Source of the DNA: Mytilus trossulus
Lineage: Eukaryota
Length of the DNA: 64,000 nucleotides
Direction of reading: 5' to 3'
Assembly (NCBI RefSeq): GCF_036588685.1
Contig: NC_086374.1
Span: 20,398,001-20,462,000, forward strand
The position numbers and the translations under genes were made by a program. Each line of letters starts with the position of its first letter. Positions within the stretch are counted from its first letter, which is position 1. This document shows, piece by piece, positions 53,156-64,000 of the stretch. A model generated the notes under the pieces. The model was given only the letters and a program-made list of their open reading frames with translations. It ran no database searches and was not told where the DNA came from.

Positions 53156-56100
53156 CACCCTGTATAACCCCGATACAGATGAAACCGGACGTTGACGCGT
53201 TCGAGTCGAGCACACCGTATAGCACTGAGTTCAGACAGTAAGGAATTCATACTTTTAAAGACAATCCAATATCTATTCTTCGTATATTTTGCACCAATAT
53301 ATTCTTTGCCATAATACTCATGAGTTACTAAAAGGTTTTTCAAAAATGTGACATTTTTTTTATACAAACATCAAAAAACGCACGAAGATATCAATGATAA
53401 AACATGCTTGGTATTTTTAAACATTCAAAACTTTATGTTTCTCGTACTTCATAGTTTTTAAAACATACATTTTTGGAAACTTCATAGTATAAATCAACAA
53501 ACTTATAAAGATCGTTTGTTTATGTTGTATCTAGAAACAAAAAAATACACGTTTTAAAATGTCTCTATTTTCATGTTGTGTACGCTTCGTTGTCATTACA
53601 CCTTTTTATACTGTACGCTTCGTTGACAAAATATTGCGTTTGTCAATGAATTTTGCATGTATTAGATTATGCTTTGATATGATTATAACCAATATGCATG
53701 TTTGAAAATAATAATTTACCATCATAACATGCAGACAGCAACCCATAATGTCAGTTGTATTGTCGAAAAACACTTGGAGGAAATTTTTACATTTAAAAAA
53801 ATCCTCATGTATACAAAAGTGTGAATTGGTAGGAAAATACAATAACTCAACAGATGCAACTATGACAAAGCATACACGTCCGATTTCTAATTTCATAGTA
53901 TATTTGAAAGTGTTTACCATACAACAGTCAATGTACGGTTAGGGGGTGGGTTGGGTGCCCGCTAACATGTTTAATCCCGCCATATTCTGTATGTGCCTGT
54001 CCAAATCCAGGAGCCTGTAATTCAGTGGTTGTATATATTTTTTTGTTCACACTTTTGTGCCAAAATTGAGCCGTTAGTTTTCTCGTATGCACTGACTTCA
54101 TTTTTTGTTTCGGTGTGCTTAATAGCGGTGTGGCCTTTTTCATTGCTAAAGGCCGTACGATGACCTATAGTTGTTCATTTTTGTTTCGTTTGGTCTCTTG
54201 CGAAGAGCTGTTTCAATACCGCATCTTGTATTTGATATAGAAAGTAATCAAATATAATCAATGGATTATAGGTTAAGCCTTTTGGCCTGAATCTCAGAGG
54301 CGGGTCCAATGGGGTCATAGATTATCATAGAGTTACATTAAGGCTCAAGAATAGGTGTATGCAAGGAACATGTAACTGATAGCCATCAATAGTAATACAG
54401 TTACTTTAATGTGAAGATATAAAGATGAAGAGACAACACTCAATATAAACTGGTTTGTTTTCTTTAATTATGTTTTTGTGTTTGTTTAATTTTTATGGTA
54501 TAAAGATTATGCTTAAATTCCTCGAACATTACAGTCTTTCTACTGTGGTGCAAAAATCTAAATGATTGGTCAGGTCATTCTGGTTATTATAAACACCTTT
54601 AAAGTCTATACTCACCCATATGCATTTCATTAAAATTTTGATTTATTTCACAGAAGACCACATGGACCATATTTATATTCCCCAGTTACCCTTGGCGTCA
54701 TTGGTAAATTATGGGTTGAGCAAAGCATCAATCACCAACTTAACCTTAGACATTTGCTGTGTTTTTTAATTCTTTACTGTTTGTACTTAACAATATATGG
54801 ACCCTTTTATTTATTTATGACACGCGTTCGTAATGGCTGATTGTTGGTTGCTTAACGATCACTTGCAAATATGCCATGCATGTTCAGGATAAGCACAAAG
54901 TAGCAACACATACATGTAAGTCCTGTGAGGAGACCCTCCGGAATAACGTCAGGGACGTTTGGATTGCCACTGGATAAAATTATGTATATTTTATAAGGAC
55001 ACAAATGGTGCCTTTCAACAGGCTATTTATAGACCTCTCTTGAAGCTTTTGCAGGGGTTCGGACTGTGTAGTTAGCGTGGTACTCTCTTTACACGAGACA
55101 TTGGATTTTATATTCCCATTCGGACAGGACGTGACTGTGTACTGTTACATCCCACACAACTAAATGGGTGGCCAACTTCAGTCAGTTTTTACTGCCGATC
55201 GGAAAAAGACCAAAGTGATCATAACTTATAGCATATCTCACAGTCACCCTTCACCAAATTCTTTCATAAATAAAAAAACAATTGGCCGCAATATAGAAAG
55301 TTTTGCTCTACCTGTTAAATCAAAACATCACTTAACATTATTACAATTTATGCACACTTATGAGAACTCATAATACCGTACATCCTCTCGATACTGTTCA
55401 TATTTGGCATTGCACAAGTTCGTGCGTTTTATTACGTCTTTACCTAAAAGCGTACGATATACTGATTAAAACACTTTGGATACACGATTTACTTATTAGT
55501 TGTAATTCGCTTTGAAATAACTATCAGTTACTACAATTACTCCTTTGTCGATATTTTATGTATATGGTTTTTGTGCCTTGTACCGACATTTTGAGTTTAG
55601 CCAATTGCAACTGAACTTTTTTATCATGTTGTGCTGTTACACCAGTGTTCTATGTTAAGGAGAGGGTTGGGGGCTCACATGTTTAAACCTGCCGCACTTT
55701 GTTTTGTCGGTCCAACGTCAGAATCCTGCAGTACATGTGTTATATAGATCTGTCATTTCATAAGTTATTTACCGTTAGTTTAATCGGGGTTTTTTTCATA
55801 TTTTTTTTCATATCGGGGCCTTTTTTAGGCGGCGGTATGGTATAGGTTTTCCTCATTGTTAAATGTTGTACATTGGACTATAATAGTTTATACGCCAACT
55901 TCATTTAAACTTTGATGGACAGTTGTCTCACTGGCCATCACATCACATCTACAAAGCTCCGCATGTAAAAAAAAAGTAATAAAAAAATTAAAGCAGTTGG
56001 AATGCCATCTATGGCATTCGGCAAATTAAGTTCAACGAGCTCCTTCATGTATGTCTGCTTTCGTCTAGGCGAATTTGGACCAACATCGGCATTTGGAAGA

Positions 56101-56897
56101 GCCTCAAATTGTGAAAAGGAAGTCATTAAAGTTTTAATGACTGTTCTATACTTTTTGAAACTTTCTTTTCTCTGGAATATATTTATTAGCTGTTCATTTC
56201 ATCTGGAAAAACATTGAAAGTCTCAATTTTCAATAGAAACATTCCAAGCAGATGTACGCGAGTTACATATTTCAATTTTGGCTTTGTATGACAGATATTT
56301 TTAGTTCAACTACTTTGACTAAGTTAACAGATAAACATTTACAATAAAATATAGAAAAAGGGTCGCCGACACCATCTCGAAAACCTTGACAAGAAAGTGT
56401 TTGTCACGGTTTTTGTCAACGAACTGTACAGTGATTATTTCAAAACGCACAACGAACGCGACACATTTGGTGGAACGAACAATACAGTCAGAGAAAATTT
56501 ATTTTGTATGATATTGCGTTTATTCTAAGTTATAGGGCACATTTGAAGGCACGTATTAATTCAATGTATAGTTATTTAGTATTGCTTAAGGTATAAATAC
56601 TCAAAGGTGTATGCACAAAAAGATATTCAGCATTGTTTACATCGTAAACCGTATGAAATTGCACCATGTCTGTGCGTTTTGCATCTAGCAGTTTAATCAA
56701 ACGTTTTATACAATATCTAAAACTTACAACAACTGTATAATTGAATAAAGATACTAACATGCTCATTGACATATTTATATATACTCAAATAAGTTCTAGA
56801 GAGACATTCAAAGTTATTGTCATCCCAAATGTTGTCCTGATTATCGCTTCGAACGCGTCAACGTCCGGATTCATTTGTATCGGGGTTATACGGGGTG
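53156..56897. mobile_element. Second non-autonomous CAC...GTG TIR element, 5-bp TSD TTTAT (Transib-like), with secondary repeat insertions
   Basis: ~49-bp TIRs CACCC[T/C]GTATAACCCCGATACA[G/A]ATGAA[A/T]CCGGACGTTGACGCGTTCGA; TTTAT at 53151-53155 and 56898-56902. Confidence 0.88.
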
Positions 56898-58019
56898 TTT
56901 ATATTTTGTTTTATTTGCTAGCCTATCACAATCAAGTGTCCGTGGATGAATGTAGTTTCAACACATTTTGATCACACGGAAAAACAGAAAACGTCATCAA
57001 CAAAAATAAATCACAAACAGCTCACCTAAACTCAACTCATCGGTTTAGGGACAGACAAGAGTAGGACAAAAATGGACGAAGATACAAACAAAAGTTGTTT
57101 TGATAACTAACAATAATACTGTTATTTTTATCTATCTGACCCGTATTATTTTAGAAAGGCTTGTGAAGGTAGTACGAAATGTCGTTTATTTTGAACGTTG
57201 CATACGTCAAGCTGTATTTGGTGAAATTCGTAATTTTTTATTATATTCTCAGTTAAGGTGCTGTTTCTAAGCATAGAAAATTAAATACGATTTAAACCTT
57301 GTCTACAAAACATAAGAATGAATTAAATTCGAATGAATACAGTTGGGAAATCTACCATGTTTTAATCAATTATAAATTTGATGAACTGAAATTTACATTA
57401 ATCCGTTAAATGTTCTTCTTCATACTGTGGAAAGTTATTTCGATTATTTTAAAAATCACTGCAGACATGTGACATTTGTTTTACCTGGTTAGTAAACATC
57501 AAATATTGAAAAAATTACGCTCTTTTGTTTTCACATTGAACAAAAATGATGTTCCAAACATGTCTTTTCCCCCAATTCAGATGTACTTTAAGTTTTCAGA
57601 AGCTCTAAGAGATTCATTCATATCTTTAGCAACATTTCTGGATGGCAATCGTGCATGTTTAAATATTAGAAGATGTGGTATACTTGACAATGAGAAAACT
57701 ATCCACCAAAGTGCAAAAATTTTGTAGAATTTTGTTTAACCTTGCATTAAATAAACACAACCTCTGGCACTCAAGGTGAGATCGCTACCACGAAACCATC
57801 GATAGGATTGGATATAGTTTTACTTAGAAATACTTTGTGAAGGAACTGTAGTTTTTTTCATTTGAATGAAGATGCAGGACTTTGTTATGGCCAATGAATT
57901 AACGAAACATAAACTATGGCATTGTCTTTGATTTATTAGAAATCAACGAGAAGAACATCACTTGAAATCCTTCGTTCAATAGTTTTTTTTTAAAGCCACA
58001 AGGAAACAAAGCCCTAAAC

Positions 58020-59000
58020 AAATGTTGATACTTTCAATTCTTTATTAACTAAATGTTTTACAACATATAGGTACATGTATAAACATTATATAATACTAAA
58101 TAATCATTAAAAAATATTACGATCATGACAATACAGACAGAAGTATTAAATACACAAAACATGAATACATATTAAAATAATTCTAAATAGCAAATATATG
58201 TAACACATCTATTACAAATCTTCTTCTTCTTCTTGTCTCCGTATAAACCTTTTTTTAAATAGGAACACCACCATGAGTTATGGCGTATAAAGGAGGACAT
58301 TTGGAGCCTGTATCGGTACAGATTAATGTGAGCATTTGCTACCGAATTCCCCAGTCAGGCCGTGTCGGGTCTTATTACCAGAAAGTTAACCTTCCCCAAA
58401 CTTAATACAATGCAATCAAATAAAACATACTAAACTCACACACTAATCAATTTACTTAAACAGTAATTTCTGAGCTTCAGTGCTCTAAATATATATTTTC
58501 CTAAGTTGCACAAGTCTTTTACATTAGCAGTGCTTAATAATTGTAAAGTTTATAACAGATGGCTTACACATTCACGCAAATTTGAATATAAAAGACGTGA
58601 TAAAATAAAATGCATTTCATCCTCAATATAATAAATACACAATGTACAGGTTATAAGGTTGCTTTTACATTAGAATACCTTCCCTTCTCTATAGCTAGAT
58701 TATGTGATGATAATATAAATTAAACAATACACTTTATGTAAATTTTGGGTATTGGTTTATAATTGAACACGTTGTGCCTGCATCATTTGTATTTTCTAGA
58801 TATTTTACCCCAAGGAAGCATGTAGAACAATGCATGTTCTTGGTTTATGTTTGATGGTAAATGTGAATATTAGAAAAACTGAAGACAAAAAAAAGCTGTA
58901 CTTCTTTTATGACTGAAAATCATCGATATTTCCTGAAGTGTTCATGATATTTTAGAAAACACTTTAAAACCATTCGAAAATATTTTTTGGGGGATGTTTG
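58020..59000 (-). mobile_element. Decayed LINE 3' fragment
   Basis: Minus-strand remnants SSHNLAIEKGRY...CTLC...IEDEMHFIL (~58590-58720) and AATAAA near 58040. Confidence 0.65.
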
Positions 59001-59478
59001 GTTTTCAGTGTTATTCGACTACGTAATTAAAGGATTTGGCCTACCATTTTGTGTTTCTATTCGAGCACCACTAGTGAGTCTTGTAAAGTCTTATGTACTG
59101 AAATATTGTAATGACTTGGCCAAGCAAAATTCCTTGGAAACATGTGTATTTTCATATCGAGCACCTGTTATTTGCTACGATTCGATGTTTGGCTATTTTA
59201 AAGTTTGACACCGGTTCTCACATTTTTAATTCAATTCATTATGTTTTCAGTGTTCTATGTAATCCGTTTTCCAAGTGTAAAACCATTTTTATTGTTGTAT
59301 AAACGAGATAACGTTTGTAGTAACAAGGGGACAATTTAAGTCCCAATCTATTTAAGTTATTTATAAATGACTTGCCAGAGTATTTAAAAGAAAGTGAAGA
59401 CCCTGTTATACTTAATGAAAAACCAGTTAATTGCTTATTATATGCAGATGATTTGGTCCTTTTATCAACATCTGCTAA

Positions 59479-62400
59479 TGTAACACAACACATGGTTATT
59501 TGGAATAGTAGTTTATTAACGCCCGTCTGGACCAGTGTCCATAACGGACGGTCTCCTCCATACAGTAAAATACACAAGTATATATACAGAATATAAACAG
59601 TGTCAAGGTTTCTATTAATTTGACCATTATAGTCTTAAATTAAAAGATACAGGGATGAATATCTATTAAGTTGACTCTAATTGACATGTTTTGGCCAACC
59701 TGGAAATTAATGGTCAAAGAATACACGCATGTCCAGTGTTTTAACTAATTGTTATTGCTACATGTCTCCACATGGTATGCAATACACGTATGTCCAGTGT
59801 TTAACTAATTGTTACATGTCACCTCATGATCTGCATGTAAATATTTCATATGCAGTAGCGGTCAATTGAACAACCTTTTACAAGGTCATGATTTTCTTAA
59901 TAGATATTCCCCTGTATTTATTTTATTCAATTTAATAAACATTTTAAGAATATATAATCATCAATATAAATATAAATATATTTTATATATATTTATATAT
60001 ATATATTTAGCCTATCATATTGTCACATTCCTCCCTTTCTTAAGAAATATAATTTATATTTTAGTTAAAATCGGTGACAATATGAATACTTGCAAATTTC
60101 CCTAAAAACAACAAAAATATTCATAAATAAAATCATTTCAAAAGTTCAACAACATCTAAATGTTCAGCAATGTATAGTTCATACAATTCTTGTGTGAACA
60201 ACTAAGTTCGTAACATCAACTATTGGAACTTCTTATTCCTAGAAAAAGGCGCAACCATCAACTGCGGACCGTCTTCATAACCCCGACTCCAGTGAACTGC
60301 TCCTCTGATCGTCGTTGTCAACTCCAACAATCCATCTGTTTATCTGCAACGCCAATTCCCGTCATTTAGAAGTTCTGCAATTATTCCGACTTGCATGTGA
60401 TCCACCATCCATCGTTTTTAACTTCGACGTGCATGTGATCCACCATCCATTGTTGAAACTCCATCCTGCATGTAATCCACCATTCGTCGTTTATAACTTC
60501 GACGTGCATGTGATCCACCATCCATTGTTGAAACTCCATCCTGCATGTAGTCCACCATCCGTCGACGTGCATGTGATCCACCATCCGTCCTTCATGTGAT
60601 CCACCATCCGTACTTCATGTGATCCACCATCCGTACTTCATGTGATCCACCATCCGTCCTTCATGTGATCCACCATCCGTCCTTCATGATATCCACCATC
60701 CGTTGTTGATTTACTCCTAACTGACCTAGCTTACCTACTCTGTTAACTCAGAGTCCCTGACTAGGTTGCTCAGTTATCACCGGCTGAAACATTACAGGCA
60801 AATCTACCTGTGATGCTGTAGAACAATTCCCTCTACCAATATAGTTATGTGATCGTATAGTTTTATGTACATCTAAACGTGTGTTGTGTCCAATGATTAA
60901 AGCCAATATCCAATACTAGATAATGGTTCTTAGTAGCTGGTTCTAGTAATGGTGCAGAAGCTATCTCAACATCTCTGTAGGCAGTACCATTGCCCTCAAC
61001 ATCAGTTGACACCATTTGATCGCCACCAAGGTATCGTGTGACTATTTGAATCTCTCTATTACTAAATTCTCTTGGCTAAACACCTATTATTACACTTAAG
61101 AATATTTTAATAACAAATACCTATAAATATAGCAACAAAAATAAAGTAATGCATTTACTAAATTTGATAGTTCAAAGTCGTTCTCAAGTTCTAACTGCTT
61201 TTTATCTATTTGAAATAAGAACCCAAAAAAAATTTAAACTCAAATACAAAAACAATAAAACTAATAAAATAAACTTTTATCTAGTATTAAGAATGAAAAA
61301 TTATTTACAATGAGGTTTAACATTCAACCAACACTTTCCTTCCTTTTTCATAAACAAAGCTGTGATTCAGAGATTACTGATATTTATAGGATTTCTTAAC
61401 AATCAACAATTTTTCAGCGAGCAATCTGAAGCGAGAATTAGAATGATTAATCAAAACAAAATTATTTTATATACACATATATTTATTTAAAAACAATCAT
61501 CACGAAGCCTACAACTACGATATGTTAGTCGTTCATTTTATTAAAATAACTAGAAATGTTTGAGAGAAAGTCAAACATTAATTGATTTTTCTTTCAAACT
61601 TTTGAATTTTCGTTTATTTTTATTTCGTATTTTGATTTTATCAACAGGCATGTCTTGGCTACTTTCTAAATTATGTCTATCAGAACTATTATCATTTGTC
61701 ATATCCCTTAAACTGGAATTTATAAATGACCTTATGTTCTTTTATGTTTTCTCATTTTTTCTTGGTTTGCTAATTTTCTTTTAATTCAATCAACATCACA
61801 TTAAAATATTTGCGGAAGATGTATCGCGTCATTGTTTATAACGATTAATCATATGATACTTATTTCCATATTTTAAATCCTAAATTGTTTTCTTATGAAC
61901 ACATTTTCATTTCTAACCTTTAGTATAGATTTATGTACTCTATAAATAATCCTTTGTCTCATCTATTGCTAAATACTTTTAAAACTTATAAAACCCTACA
62001 TTTCACTAAGAGTGGAATTAACAATTACTAGTATATCAATTTTTATCATTTAAGCGCTATTTTCTGAAGATAGGTCCGTCATTCTTTAAAAATACCACAA
62101 TAACTGTGCGAAAATAAAGGTTTGGATTCTAAATACCATAGAATATTTTGTTTCTCTAAACAAATGTGCTTACGCACTTACCAAACTGCGTCAACCATAT
62201 TTGAACAACCATATGATTATAACATCGCAGAAATACCCTTAAATCCGTCGCCAAAAGTGTGCTTATGAAACTTTCTTATACCAATGTATATAGGCGCATA
62301 TATTTTAGAATAACTGATTGTCTCTTCAGAAAACAGATCAAAATATGAATCAAAAATTAAATTATTTTATTCAAAATCAATATATATTAAATGTTTTGAT

Positions 62401-63639
62401 ATTATCATTATTCCTGCATTTAATTACTTTAAAATATAACCAACATCTTTAAAAAAAATTTACCTACTGTTATTTAATTCTTAAATATTAATATTCAAGT
62501 GTTGTTTTTTTTTCTTATTTAAATATCTATTCTGTCTTTTAAAAAACAGCATATAAAAACTTCACATTATATCATTACAATATGTACGCAAAACTTATAT
62601 ATTGACTTATACTATCAAGTACCTACAAAGTTGCCAGTCTTTTATAGTGACTAAAACAATCAAATACCTATCATAAGTACCTTCACCCTTATCATAATGA
62701 TAACATAAAAAAAATATCAATAAAAAAATAAAACCTTCACCATTGATTTATAAGAAAAATAAAAAATATCTACATTTTCGCTTAAAAAAAACCCATTATC
62801 TAATAAACATTTTTTTAATGAGTTAATCAGCATCTTGATCATGAACAATTGTACTCACATCTGATACACCTATTCCTAATTTGTCTGATTTTGAACCATC
62901 AAAGCTTTCAATCGAATTAATGCCTTTTTTTTAAATACCTTTTGAGTGAAACTTTGAACTTTGAATTTTGAAAAACAGACCCTGCATTAAATTCTTGTCT
63001 AGCCATTTTGAGAAATTAAGTAAAGAGTATCAAATAAAAAGTCACTTTACCTTATAATCCTTTGGTCACGGTTAACCAAAAATAACCACATGTAACACAA
63101 CACATGGTTATTTGGAATAGTAGTTTATTAACGCCCGTCTGGACTAGTGTCCATAACGGACGGTCTCCTCCATACAGTAAAATACACAAGTATATATACA
63201 GAATATAAACAGTGTCAAGGTTTCTATTAATTTGACCATTATAGTCTTAAATTAAAAGATACAGGGATGAATATCTATTAAGTTGACTCTAATTGACATG
63301 TTTTGGCCAACCTGGAAATTAATGGTCAAAGAATACACGCATGTCCAGTGTTTTAACTAATTGTTATTGCTACATGTCTCCACATGGTATGCAATACACG
63401 TATGTCCAGTGTTTAAATAATTGTTACATGTCACCTCATGATCTGCATGTAAATATTTCATATGCAGTAGCGGTCAATTGAACAACCTTTTACAAGGTCA
63501 TGATTTTCTTAATAGATATTCCCCTGTATTTATTTTATTCAATTTAATAAACATTTTAAGAATATATAATCATCAATATAAATATAAATATATTTTATAT
63601 ATATTTATATATATATATTTAGCCTATCATATTGTCACA
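59479..63639 (-). mobile_element. Non-autonomous LTR retroelement (LARD-like), 549-bp LTRs, 4-bp TSD CTAA
   Basis: LTRs 59479-60027 and 63091-63639 (TGTAACA...TGTCACA); TSD CTAA at 59475-59478 and 63640-63643; minus-strand polypurine tract AGAAAGGGAGGAA at 60028-60040; no long internal ORF. Confidence 0.93.
60393..60703. repeat. Compound tandem repeat inside the LTR element (11 x catgtgatccaccatcc core)
   Basis: Periods 38, 37, 38, 37, 26, then ~23 bp five times. Confidence 0.9.
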
Positions 63640-64000
63640 CTAAAGGATTGCAAACAAGACTAAACAACCTAGAAAAATATTGTAAAGATTGGTGTTTAAG
63701 TGTAAATCACACCAAAACAAAGGTTCTGATATTCAACAAAGCAGGCAGACACATTTGTGAAAAATTTACTTATGAAAATATGTTGATTGAGAGTGTAAAT
63801 AATTATAAATATCTTGGTTTGCACTTTAGTGCATCAGGGTCATTTTCATATGCTCAAAATGAACTGTATAAAAAGTCCTTGAAGGCTTATTATAAATTGT
63901 ACAAGAATTTATTATCACTTAATCCAAGCATAAGTACCAGCTTACATGTATTTGATCATACCATAAAACCAATACTCCTATATGGGTCTGAAATATGGGG

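Larger units (their letters stand above)
59322..64000 (+). mobile_element. 5'-truncated LINE RT fragment split by an LTR element; continues beyond window
   Basis: QGDNLSPNLFKLFINDL...LLYADDLVLLSTSA | KGLQTRLNNLEKYCKDW...KTKVLIF...YKYLG...KPILLYGSEIW is one continuous frame after removing 59479-63643. Confidence 0.92.

Noticed and set aside
57755-57800. tRNA-like stretch on the minus strand
   Set aside because: Too degenerate for a cloverleaf; at most a SINE head remnant.
60393-60703. CRISPR-like array
   Set aside because: The spacers are short and repeat each other, there are no cas genes, and the context is a eukaryotic LTR element.
62820-63006. Minus-strand MARQEFNAGSVF... as a gag start
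   Set aside because: The position fits, but the frame stops within ~30 codons and has no recognisable motif.

Overview
AT-rich eukaryotic genomic DNA, probably bivalve mollusc (Mytilus-like, inferred from the repeat families). It is not prokaryotic, and I found no CRISPR, rRNA or tRNA genes. The left half (1-~32 kb) is a spliced minus-strand gene for a giant mucin-like protein of at least ~7,600 aa that runs off the window start. Its order is: F5/8 type C (discoidin) domain, a 10.8-kb single-exon S/T/G/P/V array of 12-aa repeats punctuated by ten 20-aa basic spacers, short S/T linker exons, a second highly diverged discoidin-like domain, and a second repeat exon of at least 11 kb. The long + strand ORFs are antisense shadows. 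The right half is transposon-rich. It holds two different CAC...GTG elements with 5-bp TSDs (Transib/RAG-like signature) and a three-level nest (TTAA element > LINE > TA element). It also holds a CCC...GGG element, a fold-back MITE, and a young non-coding LTR element inserted into a second LINE.
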